The notes beneath the pieces are model-generated. The model ran no database searches and had not been told where the DNA came from. It saw only the letters and a program-made list of their open reading frames with translations. The translations under genes and the position numbers were made by a program. DNA of 43,223 nucleotides, from positions 1 to 43,223 of the forward strand of contig JBBEBK010000016.1 in assembly GCA_040882375.1 (NCBI GenBank), read 5' to 3'. Numbering within the stretch: the first letter of the stretch is position 1; the number at the start of each line of letters is the position of its first letter. Origin of the DNA: Chloroflexota bacterium (lineage in GTDB: Bacteria; Chloroflexota; Limnocylindria; QHBO01). Positions 1-8,755 of this stretch are shown here, in pieces.

Positions 1-576
1 ACCCGACGCTGAAGCGGGTGCCCGCTCGACGTTCTCACGGAGCCAAGCGGCGTCAAAGCAGTAGGTCCCCGCATTCACCTCGTCGATGGCGCGCGTTGCC
101 GCATCGGCGTCTCGCTCCTCCACGATCGCGGTCACCTCTCCCGCGGCGCGAACGATGCGCCCGTAGCCGGTCGGGTCGGTCACGCGAGCCGAGAGCAACG
201 CAATCTCGTGGCCGTCAGCCTGCTCGGCGATCAGCCCGGTGAAGATCTCGCCCGGAACGAGCGGAGCGTCGCCCATCGCCACGATCACCTGCCTGGTCGA
301 CGCGGGCACGCGGGCCAGGCCGATGCGCACCGCGTCAGCCGTTCCGCGCTGCGGCTCCTGCCGCGCGGTCTCGGCTCGCCCTGCGAGCCTCACCTCGACC
401 GCCTCGGCAGCGTGGCCGGTGACGACAACCAGCTGCTCAACGCCCGCCGCGGCCAGGGTGTCGAGCACGTGGTCGATCATGGTGCGCCCCGCCAGCTGGT
501 GCAGAACCTTTGGAACCCGCGAGCGCATCCGCGTTCCCTGCCCGGCGGCCAGCACGATGGCCGCGACCGTTGTCAC
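1..576 (-). CDS. glmU: Bifunctional UDP-N-acetylglucosamine pyrophosphorylase/acetyltransferase GlmU, N-terminal part (the gene runs off the window start)
   Basis: Hand translation from GTG at 576: VTTVAAIVLAAGQGTRMRSRVPKVLHQLAGRTMIDHVLD...QEPQRGTADAV...NAGTYCF. This carries the LAAGxGTRMxS/PKVLH nucleotidyltransferase signature. The frame is open to position 1, so it is absent from the ORF track. Confidence 0.75.
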   Translation of the reverse strand, partial: MTTVAAIVLAAGQGTRMRSRVPKVLHQLAGRTMIDHVLDTLAAAGVEQLVVVTGHAAEAVEVRLAGRAETARQEPQRGTADAVRIGLARVPASTRQVIVAMGDAPLVPGEIFTGLIAEQADGHEIALLSARVTDPTGYGRIVRAAGEVTAIVEERDADAATRAIDEVNAGTYCFDAAWLRENVERAPASASG

Positions 577-578
577 GC

Positions 579-971
579 TCAACCGCCGTCTCCGACCATC
601 GCGATCGCCTCGACCTCCACCGCCGCGCCCTTCGGGAGCGCTCGCACCGCAACGGTGGAGCGCGCCGGGTAGGGCGCCGAGAAGTGCCTGGCGTAGACCT
701 CGTTCATCGCGGCGAAATCGGCCATATCGGTCAGGAAGACGGTCGTCTTGACGACCCGATCCAGGCTCGTCCCTGCCGCGTCAAGGACGGCAGACAGATT
801 ACGCAGGGCGCGGTCAGCCTGGGCCGCCACGCCTTCGGCGAGCACGCCGGTGGACGGCTCGGAGCCGACCTGCCCCGCCGTGAAGACCAGCCCGCCGGCG
901 CGCATGCCCTGGCTGTACGGACCGATCGCTGATGGGGCGGCATTGGTCTCCACCGGACTTCGGCCGCTCAT
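579..971 (-). CDS. ridA: RidA/YjgF family reactive-intermediate (enamine/imine) deaminase
   Basis: 130 aa. APSAIGPYSQG...GLVFTAGQ...VKTTVFLTDMADFAAMNEVY is a typical RidA motif set. Its ATG overlaps the ispE stop (ATGA). Confidence 0.9.
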   Translation of the reverse strand: MSGRSPVETNAAPSAIGPYSQGMRAGGLVFTAGQVGSEPSTGVLAEGVAAQADRALRNLSAVLDAAGTSLDRVVKTTVFLTDMADFAAMNEVYARHFSAPYPARSTVAVRALPKGAAVEVEAIAMVGDGG

Positions 972-1813
972 GCGTCCTCCATTTCTTCGCTCAATGGCTC
1001 GATGCTAGCCGGTTCACGCCTGATACGGGTCTCTGTGACGCGCACGCCGGCACGTCGGAGCCTGGCGGCGATCGCCGCGGCGCGCTCCGGATCGTCGGTC
1101 CACGCGAAGACGGTCGGTCCGGAGCCGGTCAGAAACGGTGCGCCACCGGCGGCAATCACGAGGGCAAAGATGTCGTCGAGCGCCGGACGCAGGCGCCGCG
1201 CCGGCGCGAGGAGATCGTTGACGCCCTGGCCGGCGGCGCCGTTCCATTAGGACGGGCGAAGCTCGTCGAAGACGGCGCCGGTCTCGAGACGGAACGGCGG
1301 GTGCACGAGCACCACCTCGGTCTCGCGGGGGGACGGCAGCGGGTCCACCCGCTCGCCGATGCCGCCGATGCGCGCGGCGGCCAGCTGGGCGGCGAAGAAG
1401 GGCACGTCGGCGCCGATCGCAGCGAGCGCGGCCATATCGTCGGGTCCAGGCCGCTCGTCTGCACCCGAGGACCTTCGTCCGAGACGCCAGGCGGCCGCCG
1501 CGTCCGAGGAGCCTCCGCCGAGCCCGGCGGCGGCGGGGATGCGCTTCTCGAGCGTCAGACAGGTCAGCTCGGGCTCCCCGCCGATTCCTGCGACGAGGCC
1601 GCGCCATGCCAGGTTCTGTCGATCGATGGGGACCTCGTCGTCGGGCAGCGCCTCCACGCGAAGACCGGCGGAGCCGGGCATCAGCAGGATCCGGTCGGCC
1701 AGCTCCAGGAGCACCATCTCGCTATCGAGGAGGTGAAAGCCGTCCGGGCGGCGCCCGACGACGCGAAGGGCCAGGTTCAGCTTGGCGGGCGCATCCAGGC
1801 GCATCGGGGTCAT
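968..1813 (-). pseudogene. ispE: 4-diphosphocytidyl-2-C-methyl-D-erythritol kinase (IspE) interrupted by one in-frame TAA at 1247-1249
   Basis: The N-terminal part (1250-1813: MTPMRLDAPAKLNLALRV...PAAAGLGGGSSDAAA, GHMP kinase motif) and the C-terminal part (968-1246: ...GVNDLLAPA...GAPFLTGSGPTVFAW...) are in the same frame, separated only by TAA. Together they give about 281 codons, a normal IspE length. Confidence 0.8.
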
Positions 1814-2703
1814 CGGCTGGTCTCCCCCACCACCGGCAAGAGGGGCGCAAGGTGGCCGGTCAGGCAGGCCCATTCCGCCAGCGAGAGCGTCTGGGGGCGT
1901 CGGTCCGGCACGATGCCGCAGGCCGCGAACGCGGCGCTCAGGATCTCGCGGTCGACCGGTAGCTCGCGTCCCAGCCCGTTGTGCAGCTGCTTCCGGCGGT
2001 GCCGGAATCCGGCCTGCACGATGCGGTACAGCTCCTGCCGGCCCGGGCCCGGCGAAACCGTCGGGTGGAGGCGTCGTCGCAGACGCAGGATCGCCGACTC
2101 GACCTCGGGAGCGGGCTGGAAGGCGCTCGCCGGCACGCGCGCCACGACCTCGGCGTCCGCCACGTTTTGCACGAAGACCGAGAGGTAGCTCATCCGCCCG
2201 GGCGGCGCGGCCACGCGTTCGGCCACCTCGTACTGCACGAGGAGCACCGTGAGCTCGGGTGGGCGCTCGCCCTCCAGGAAGGCGTGCAGCAGCGGGCTGG
2301 TGACGTGGTACGGGATGTTGGCGACCAGCTTGAAGGACTCGCCGGGGAAGCAGTCGCGTGGGTGGAGGCTGAGAGCGTCCGCCTCGATCAGCTCGAAGCG
2401 GGGCACCTCGCCAAGCTCGCGGCGCAGGTAGGCCGCGAGTCGGGCATCGAGCTCGACGGCAAGGACGCTGGCGCCCACCGCGAGCAGGCGACGTGTGAGG
2501 ACGCCGAGGCCCGGACCGACCTCCACGACCCGATCGCCGGGCACCAGCTCGGCGGCGTCCACGATGGCGTCCAGGACGGCCGGATCGGTCAGGAAGTTCT
2601 GGCTGAGCGCCTTGCGTGGCCGGAGCTGCTCGGCGGCGAGCAGACGTCGCAGCTGCCCCGGCGTGGGCGGCTCCAGCCTCTCGGCGGCGAGCGGGTCGCT
2701 CAT
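1810..2703 (-). CDS. rsmA: 16S rRNA (adenine1518/1519-N6)-dimethyltransferase RsmA/KsgA
   Basis: LSQNFLTD, the VVEVGPGLGVLT SAM motif and NIPYHVTSPLL. The start at 2703 is taken from its ATGA overlap with the tsaD stop; the longer track ORF (to 2820) overlaps tsaD. Confidence 0.92.
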   Translation of the reverse strand: MSDPLAAERLEPPTPGQLRRLLAAEQLRPRKALSQNFLTDPAVLDAIVDAAELVPGDRVVEVGPGLGVLTRRLLAVGASVLAVELDARLAAYLRRELGEVPRFELIEADALSLHPRDCFPGESFKLVANIPYHVTSPLLHAFLEGERPPELTVLLVQYEVAERVAAPPGRMSYLSVFVQNVADAEVVARVPASAFQPAPEVESAILRLRRRLHPTVSPGPGRQELYRIVQAGFRHRRKQLHNGLGRELPVDREILSAAFAACGIVPDRRPQTLSLAEWACLTGHLAPLLPVVGETSR

Positions 2704-3743
2704 GCGGGGAGCCACGACAGCGCGAGATTGGGTGTCGCCTGCAGGCCGGGCGCCGCTCGTTCGCCGGCGGCAAAGCGGAACCCCGCGGCGGCCCCGATCA
2801 TCGCCCCGTTGTCGGTACACCAGGCCGGCGGCGGCACGAGCAGCGCGATTCCCACCGCATCCAGCCTCGCTCGCAAAGCGGTACGAAGCGACGTGTTGGC
2901 CGCCACGCCGCCGCCCATCGCGACCGCCGCCACCGCATGCTCCTCCGCGGCCTGCACGGTCTTGCGGACGAGGGCATCCACGACCGCTTCCTGGAACGCG
3001 GCCGCCAGGCCGTCCACGGGGATCGGTTCCCCCCGCTCGCGGTAGCCCGCCACCTGGCGAAGCACCGCGGACTTGAGGCCGGAGAAGCTGAAGTCATAGC
3101 GGCCGTCGGTCCTGGCACGGGGGAACCGCAGCGTCGGCCGCACTCCCTCGGCCGCGGCGCTCACCGCAGGGCCACCCGGGTACGGTAGGCCGAGCAGCCG
3201 CCCGACCTTGTCGAAGGCCTCGCCCGCCGCGTCATCGACCGTCTGTCCGAGCAACCGGTATCGGCCATGGTCCGCCATCAGGACGAGCTGCGTGTGTCCA
3301 CCGCTCACCACGAGGCAGAGCAGCGGGAAGGGCGGCTCGGGAGGCAGCGGCTCGCCGGTGCGGACCTCGGTCAGCCAGTTGGCGTAGATGTGACCCTCGA
3401 TGTGGTTGACACCGATCAGTGGCAGGCCGCGAGCGGCGGCGATCGCCTGGCCCACGTTGACGCCCACCAGCAGCGAGCCGATGAGGCCCGGCCCGTAGGT
3501 GACCGCCACCCCATCCAGGTCGGCCCAGCCGATCTCCGCCTCGTCCAGGGCGGCGCGAGTGGTCTGGACGATCCAGCGCAACTGCTGCCGTGCAGCCACC
3601 TCGGGCACGATCCCACCGGTGGCCGCATGGATGGCGATCTGGGTCGCCACCTGGTTCGCCTCGATTCGCCGCCCACCGACCACCACCGCCACGCCGGTCT
3701 CGTCGCAGCTGGTCTCGATCGCGAGGATCCGCGGGCCGCTCAT
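2700..3743 (-). CDS. tsaD: tRNA N6-adenosine threonylcarbamoyltransferase TsaD (Kae1/Gcp family)
   Basis: ILAIETSCDETGVAV, the NHIEGHIY metal site and GGVAAN. The start MSGPRIL at 3743 has an ATGA overlap with the rimI stop. The upstream 93 aa of the track ORF are Arg-rich shadow. Confidence 0.93.
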   Translation of the reverse strand: MSGPRILAIETSCDETGVAVVVGGRRIEANQVATQIAIHAATGGIVPEVAARQQLRWIVQTTRAALDEAEIGWADLDGVAVTYGPGLIGSLLVGVNVGQAIAAARGLPLIGVNHIEGHIYANWLTEVRTGEPLPPEPPFPLLCLVVSGGHTQLVLMADHGRYRLLGQTVDDAAGEAFDKVGRLLGLPYPGGPAVSAAAEGVRPTLRFPRARTDGRYDFSFSGLKSAVLRQVAGYRERGEPIPVDGLAAAFQEAVVDALVRKTVQAAEEHAVAAVAMGGGVAANTSLRTALRARLDAVGIALLVPPPAWCTDNGAMIGAAAGFRFAAGERAAPGLQATPNLALSWLPA

Positions 3744-4264
3744 CGGTCCAGCTCGGCTCGGGCCCAGGCTCGCTCGGCCGTCAGTCGTTGCTGCATCGCC
3801 GGGTCGCCCAGGTCCAGGGTGGTCATGACCAGCGCGTCTTCGCCGTCGTCGCTGTAGTAGTGCGGCCGCCTGCCCGCCTCCACGAAGCCGAACGCGGCGT
3901 AGAGCGCCTGCGCGGCCGCATTGCCAAACCGGACCTCGAGCGTCATGCGAGCCGAGCCGAGTTCGATGGCCAGCTCTGCGAGCTCCAGCAGAAGGCGTCG
4001 ACCGATCCCTCGCCGGCGCCAATCGGGGTGCACGCCGAAGGTGGTGATGTGCGCGTCGTCGGCCATCAGCCAGATCCCTCCGAAGCCGATCACCCGGTCA
4101 TCGATCCGCGCGACGAGGTAGCGCGCCATGCGGTTTGCGGTCAGTTCCTGCTGGAACGCGAAGGCGGGCCATGGCGCGCTGAAGCTGAGCCGCTCGACGT
4201 CCAGGACGCCGGGGATGTCGGCGAGCCCCATCGGCTCGATCAGGATCGGCGCGGTCACGGCCAC
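3740..4264 (-). CDS. rimI: GNAT acetyltransferase, ribosomal-protein-alanine N-acetyltransferase RimI
   Basis: Has the [10 protein letters not shown] acetyl-CoA motif and sits in the tsaB-rimI-tsaD context. GTG at 4264 or, more likely, GTG at 4258, which forms a GTGA overlap with the tsaB stop. Confidence 0.85.
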   Translation of the reverse strand: MAVTAPILIEPMGLADIPGVLDVERLSFSAPWPAFAFQQELTANRMARYLVARIDDRVIGFGGIWLMADDAHITTFGVHPDWRRRGIGRRLLLELAELAIELGSARMTLEVRFGNAAAQALYAAFGFVEAGRRPHYYSDDGEDALVMTTLDLGDPAMQQRLTAERAWARAELDR

Positions 4265-4893
4265 GGCTGGGCCGCCAGTGCGGGGGAGGCGACCCCGCGA
4301 GGCTGTCGCAGATAGCCGGGCTCCAGCGACTCGAGATCATCCCCGGCCGGATCGGCGGCGAGGCGGAACGATGCCTGGGCGCCGACAGTCAGTGCGGCGC
4401 GCAGGGGGGGTCGCCAGCGGGCGATGCCGAACGCAACGGCAAGCTCGGTCGGGACGACCACGAGGGCAGGCTCGACCTCACGGGCCAGGTCGTCCCTGGC
4501 CACGATCTGCGCCGTCGCGTCGCCGCGCCGCAGCAGGTAGGCGTCGTGAGCCCCGGCGCGGGCAACGGCCGCAACCGCATCCGGCTCGTCTGCGAGCCAC
4601 GCTGCCAGGCTCGGAACGCCGATGATCGGCACGCCCAGTCCGAGCGCGAGCCCCTTGGCCAGGCTCATACCGACACGCAGCCCGGTGAACGAACCGGGAC
4701 CGGTCCCCACCGCCACGGCGGTCGCCTGCTCGAGCGTGCGCCCCTCCCGCACAAGCAGCGCCAGCAGCCGTGGCAGCAGATCGCTCGCCTGGCGACCGTC
4801 GCTGGTCCAGCCGTCCGCCGCGATCGGCGTCCCGTCGACCTGCACGAGGGCCAGCGACGGATCGGTGGAGGCGCTCTCGAGGGCGATGATCAT
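4255..4893 (-). CDS. tsaB: tRNA threonylcarbamoyladenosine biosynthesis protein TsaB
   Basis: MIIALESAS...[14 protein letters not shown] is a TsaB signature. ATG at 4893 overlaps the tsaE stop (ATGA). Confidence 0.9.
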   Translation of the reverse strand: MIIALESASTDPSLALVQVDGTPIAADGWTSDGRQASDLLPRLLALLVREGRTLEQATAVAVGTGPGSFTGLRVGMSLAKGLALGLGVPIIGVPSLAAWLADEPDAVAAVARAGAHDAYLLRRGDATAQIVARDDLAREVEPALVVVPTELAVAFGIARWRPPLRAALTVGAQASFRLAADPAGDDLESLEPGYLRQPRGVASPALAAQPWP

Positions 4894-5390
4894 GCTGCGC
4901 CCAGGGTTTCCCCGGCGAGTTCGGCGTGCGCATCGTCGGTGGCGCGCCATTCGATGGTGCGGCCGTTGCCGCCATCGGAATCAGGGACGAGGGTCAACTC
5001 GAGCCGCTCAGCCGGCAGCACGCTGGTCAGGCGGTCGGCCCACTCCACGACGGTCACTCCGTGCGCCTGCCGGTCGTCGAGAAGGCCGGCAGCGCGTGCC
5101 TCGTCGGGATCGGCCAGTCGGTAGGCGTCGATGTGAAAGAGGGGCAGCCGGCCGTGGTGCTCATTCATCAGGACGAAGGTCGGACTGTTTACCACGGTGC
5201 TGACCCCCAGCCCCTCGGCGACGCCCTTGGCCAGCTCCGTCTTGCCCGCGCCGAGCGGGCCGACCAGCGCGAGCAGCATGCCCGGGCGTGCCAGGGCGCC
5301 GAGTGCACGCCCCAGCGCGCGCGTGCGCCGCGGGCTGTCGCTGCGCCGACTGCCAGCGGCTCGTGCGGTGAAGGCGCCGGTCTGGTCCAT
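4890..5390 (-). CDS. tsaE: tRNA threonylcarbamoyladenosine biosynthesis ATPase TsaE
   Basis: P-loop [13 protein letters not shown] followed by [10 protein letters not shown]...HIDAYRL. Start MDQTGAF at 5390; the upstream part of the track ORF is shadow. Confidence 0.9.
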   Translation of the reverse strand: MDQTGAFTARAAGSRRSDSPRRTRALGRALGALARPGMLLALVGPLGAGKTELAKGVAEGLGVSTVVNSPTFVLMNEHHGRLPLFHIDAYRLADPDEARAAGLLDDRQAHGVTVVEWADRLTSVLPAERLELTLVPDSDGGNGRTIEWRATDDAHAELAGETLGAA

Positions 5391-5415
5391 CGGCTCAAGG
5401 ATACGGGAGCGGCGC

Positions 5416-6456
5416 TCAGGACTCGGAGGGCCCGACGATCGCCTCGATGTTGGCAAGCGGCAGCGGCGCGAGCCTGCCGTCCTCGAAGCGGACCAGGCCA
5501 CTCCGCGCGGGAATGCCCGATGGAGCGGCATGCGTCTCGTCGAGGAGCGCCACCAGGACGCCCGTTCTGCCCTGGAAGGGCCTGCGATGCGCGACGACCC
5601 ATTCCCCGACCTTCGGCAGGGCGCGACGCATCGGTGGTCGGCCAGAGTCGTAGAGGTACAGGAGCCGCTCAGCTCCGACCAGGCTGGCCATCTTGCCATG
5701 CTGCTCGGTGAGCCAGCCGAACAGCTGCGGGTCGATGCTGACCTTGCCGAAGCCCTCGAGAAGCAGAATGCCGAACGATCCCGTCAGGCCGCCGGCCTGC
5801 TCGCGCCGACGCTGGATCGCCTCGAAGTCGCGCAGTTCCTTGTCGAGCACGCCTCCGAGCACGACGCCCGCGACGCCCATCGCACGCGCCCGGGTCAGGG
5901 CCTCGGCCGACGCGCGCGAGCCGCCGACCAGGATCTTGCCGGTCGCCGCGGAGTCGATCGCGGCGGCTCGCAGCTCTTCGTCCGGAGACCGCACGCCGAT
6001 CATCAGCTCGCCGTGCACGGCGTCGCCACTGCCACCGACCCCGCGCAACCGCGCGCCCGGCACCTCCACCACCAGGGCGTGCTCCTCCAGGCCTCGTATG
6101 CGTCCACGAATGTGGCCGATCACCGGCTCTTCGGGACCGAGCGGCGCGATCAGCAGCGTCCCATCGACGGCCATCGCCGCCACCACCAGCCCGGTGACCG
6201 GCGAGTGAACCTCGCGGCCGCCCGCATCGCGTGCGATGGGGTCGTCTTCGGCCACCGGGCTGCCGGGTCGCACCAGCAGAACCGCGTCCAGGTCGCTCGG
6301 TCGGCAACGCAGTGGGGCGGTCACCGGAACACGGATCGGGAGCATCGGTCCGCGCCGGAGCCCGATCACCTCGTCGGGCCGGATCTGCGCGCCCACCTCG
6401 ACCGTCAGCGTAGTGCCGCGCGGCAGCCGGATGCGATGCAGCGATGCGCCGTTCAC
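5416..6456 (-). CDS. Hypothetical soluble protein (cluster gene 7). It has a beta-rich N-terminal region and a KOW/SH3-like C-terminal segment.
   Basis: GTG at 6456 is preceded by a GGGAGG Shine-Dalgarno 6 nt upstream and forms a GTGA overlap with the upstream stop. 346 aa. C-terminal VGEWVVAHRRPFQGRTGVLVAL resembles a KOW motif. No family recognised. Confidence 0.7.
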   Translation of the reverse strand: MNGASLHRIRLPRGTTLTVEVGAQIRPDEVIGLRRGPMLPIRVPVTAPLRCRPSDLDAVLLVRPGSPVAEDDPIARDAGGREVHSPVTGLVVAAMAVDGTLLIAPLGPEEPVIGHIRGRIRGLEEHALVVEVPGARLRGVGGSGDAVHGELMIGVRSPDEELRAAAIDSAATGKILVGGSRASAEALTRARAMGVAGVVLGGVLDKELRDFEAIQRRREQAGGLTGSFGILLLEGFGKVSIDPQLFGWLTEQHGKMASLVGAERLLYLYDSGRPPMRRALPKVGEWVVAHRRPFQGRTGVLVALLDETHAAPSGIPARSGLVRFEDGRLAPLPLANIEAIVGPSES

Positions 6457-8114
6457 GCCCCGCCTCCCGGCGGCAGCGCCGCCTCGCGCCCAAGGGTGTC
6501 GCGCCACGAGGCCAGGACGGCGCGTCGGTCGTCGGCGCGCCGCGGCAGCACAAGCGGAATATCCCGTGCGTCCAGGACCAGTCCCACGGTTCCCCCGATG
6601 ACACTCGCGCGAACGCGACGCGATCGCCGAGGCCCGCCCAGCGTGGCGCCGCCGTCCAACTCGATGTCGAGGTCGGCCGCCTGCCCGCGCCCAAGCGGGA
6701 GCAGCTGGACCTGGCCCGCCCGGATCTCGACCGGTCCGACGGTCGGCCAACCGGTGCGGTGCACGGTCACCCGCATGGCAGGTTGCCCGGAGCGCCCACC
6801 CCGCGTGACCACCGCTGCGCCGAGCGGCGTCAGCAGATCGTCGCGCAGCATGCCGAGTCCCTCTGCTATCTCGTCGTCGCCGAGAGCTCCCAGCGGTGTC
6901 AGCGCCCCGGCCGCGTCGATCGCAAACTGGGTGACCCCGAGCGGGCGCACCCCATCGAGCAGCATCTGCATGGCCTGCCCCGGCGTGGGAGCGGCGGCAA
7001 CGGTCCGGCCGGCCCCGATGAGCAGGTCGATGCCATCAAGCGTCGTGCCATCCGCCGCCAGCTCGCCAAGGAGGAGCCGCGCAGCGCCGTGAACGATCGC
7101 CAGCTCTTCACCGGTCTGCGGCAGCGAGCCCGGTCGCGCGCGCAGGTTCTGAAGCGCATCGGCGACCGCCAGCTCATCAACCGCCACAGCCAGCGAATGG
7201 GCAACGCGCGATGCGCCGCTGGGAGCGGTCAGCAGCGGCGATGCAAGGCCCCCGGCGGCGAGCACGCGGCTGCGACCGTGCCCCGCCGGGTCGGCTACGA
7301 TCCAGGTGGCATACCGCGCGCCGAGATCGACCGCCGCCACGCGAAGCCCGCCGGCGCGCGCGAGCTCGGCTACCGATCGGCGCAGACCGACCGGGGCCAG
7401 TCCCCGGACCCCGGTCGGTTCGACGAGCCGTTCGATGAGGGCCTCCAGATGGCGGCGCAGCGACGTGGCGTCCTCGCGGCCGGCCGAGGGACGCGGGTTG
7501 GCGACCTGTCGCAGCACGCCGCGGTCGAAGAGCGCGGCCACGCGTTCGGTCAGTGCCGCAGAGCCTGCCCATACCACCGGCGAGCGACCACCGCCGCGTG
7601 CAGCCGCCACCAGGCCGGCCATCTCCAGTGCACCCTCGCCTCCATGGGCGTCGAAGCCGCCGGCGAGCAGCCAGGCGTCGACCTCGACCGACTGCAGGGC
7701 CGAGAGCCGTTCGGCCACGGTCCTTCCGTCGTCAGCCGTGACCGCTTCCACGACAACCCAGCCCGCGGCCTCGGCAGCTCGCCGGGCGGCGCGGCCCGAG
7801 ACCTCGGCCGATATCGCCGCGAGCGCAATCCGACCGGGACGAGTCGGCGTGTGACAGTCGATCCGGGGAGCGTCGGAGATGAGGGACGCCAGCCTGCCGG
7901 TGAGACGCGGGTCGGCCGTTCCGGCCAGTTGCGCAGCCAGCGTTCGCATCAGTTCGTCGTCGCCCCACTCGGTCGGTTGTGCGGCCTGTGCGGCCAACCT
8001 CCAGCGTCCTCGGCTGCGGCCCACGAGAGTTGCCTTGGTCCATGCCGAGCCAACGTCCACCAGGAGCGACAGCTCGGTGGTGGCCACGTCGGCGGGACGC
8101 GCTGCGTCGATCAT
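6453..8114 (-). CDS. ASKHA-fold ATPase resembling the GlmL/MutL (glutamate mutase accessory, hydantoinase-branch) family (cluster gene 6)
   Basis: 553 aa. LLVDVGSAWTKA (phosphate-1 DxGSxxTK), AWLLAGGFDAHGGE, AAVDLGARYATW and IDLLIGAGRTVAA. ATG at 8114 forms an ATGA overlap with the upstream stop. The 220-aa N-terminal part of the track ORF is Arg-rich shadow over gene 5. Confidence 0.65.
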   Translation of the reverse strand: MIDAARPADVATTELSLLVDVGSAWTKATLVGRSRGRWRLAAQAAQPTEWGDDELMRTLAAQLAGTADPRLTGRLASLISDAPRIDCHTPTRPGRIALAAISAEVSGRAARRAAEAAGWVVVEAVTADDGRTVAERLSALQSVEVDAWLLAGGFDAHGGEGALEMAGLVAAARGGGRSPVVWAGSAALTERVAALFDRGVLRQVANPRPSAGREDATSLRRHLEALIERLVEPTGVRGLAPVGLRRSVAELARAGGLRVAAVDLGARYATWIVADPAGHGRSRVLAAGGLASPLLTAPSGASRVAHSLAVAVDELAVADALQNLRARPGSLPQTGEELAIVHGAARLLLGELAADGTTLDGIDLLIGAGRTVAAAPTPGQAMQMLLDGVRPLGVTQFAIDAAGALTPLGALGDDEIAEGLGMLRDDLLTPLGAAVVTRGGRSGQPAMRVTVHRTGWPTVGPVEIRAGQVQLLPLGRGQAADLDIELDGGATLGGPRRSRRVRASVIGGTVGLVLDARDIPLVLPRRADDRRAVLASWRDTLGREAALPPGGGA

Positions 8115-8755
8115 CGGAGCAGTCCGAGCCAGTCGCCCAGGAGGAAGGCGAGCCGGTCGACCAGCAGCACGAGGCGGCTGACCAGCAGAAAGCCGAGCCA
8201 TCCGCCGATCCCACCGATAAGGAGCCAGCGACCGACCACGGTAACGCGACCCGAGAGCCGGCCGGCGGTGGTGCCGTGCGTGAAGGAGAGCACGACGAGC
8301 ACGGTGATTCCGATGGCCGCCGCGGCATCCAGCATCGACCTGCGCGCCGCGTCCGCCGGAAGAATCGCCGAGGCGATCTGCGGAAGCAGGGTTCCAAGCA
8401 CAGCACCGCCGAGCGCCAGTGCGGCGATCCCGCCGACCAGCACGCTCGTCACCGGGGCCGTGATTCGCTCGGGGAGCCACGCGGCCCCGACCATGATGGC
8501 CACAAATCCCGCAGCGGGGATCAGCGCGACGTGCGCGGCGGGATCGTCCAGGAGCGGCGAGATGAGGCGCGGCACGAGGACCTCGTCGATCGCCAGCAGG
8601 GCAAGGTACCCGGTTGCCAGCCCGGCAAGCAGGTACTGCACCAACCGGAAGACCGTCCGCGCACCGACCAGGTACGACCACACCGCGATGGTGGCGGCGG
8701 CGGCAGACCAGGTCGCGGCGATGCCGCCGAAGTCGTTGCCGAACAGTCCATTCAT
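8111..8755 (-). CDS. Hypothetical polytopic membrane protein, about 6 predicted helices (cluster gene 5)
   Basis: Long hydrophobic runs such as VQYLLAGLATGYLALLAI, AAGFVAIMVGAAW, VLVGGIAALALGGAVLGTLL and WLLIGGIGGWLGFLLV. ATG at 8755 forms an ATGA overlap with the gene 4 stop; the track start at 8770 is also possible. Confidence 0.7.
   Translation of the reverse strand: MNGLFGNDFGGIAATWSAAAATIAVWSYLVGARTVFRLVQYLLAGLATGYLALLAIDEVLVPRLISPLLDDPAAHVALIPAAGFVAIMVGAAWLPERITAPVTSVLVGGIAALALGGAVLGTLLPQIASAILPADAARRSMLDAAAAIGITVLVVLSFTHGTTAGRLSGRVTVVGRWLLIGGIGGWLGFLLVSRLVLLVDRLAFLLGDWLGLLR

Noticed and set aside
1246-1250. TAATG at the ispE internal stop as a termination-reinitiation site
   Set aside because: The ATG is in the +1 frame relative to ispE. 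It opens an Arg-rich shadow frame (MERRRRPGRQRS...), not the IspE C-terminal domain, so it cannot rescue the enzyme.
1814-2773. Long N-terminal extensions offered by the ORF track, e.g. the 508-aa 'IspE' ORF. The same issue applies to tsaD (to 4022), glmM (to 17380), the ASKHA gene (to 8774), cluster gene 7 (to 6750), acpS (to 14380), rpsE (to 28831) and rplW (to 35538).
   Set aside because: The extensions overlap the upstream gene in another frame and are Arg/Pro-rich. They end exactly where a start codon forms an ATGA or GTGA overlap with the upstream stop, after which the conserved N-terminal motifs begin.
5197-7092. 631-aa plus-strand ORF (and the 792-aa plus-strand ORF at 6444-8822) covering the unknown cluster
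   Set aside because: The translations are dominated by Arg, Pro, Ala, Ser and Gly runs with no recognisable motifs. They lie antisense to minus-strand ORFs that have sensible hydrophobic or ASKHA motifs, Shine-Dalgarno sites and coupled starts. These are typical stop-poor shadow frames of very GC-rich DNA.
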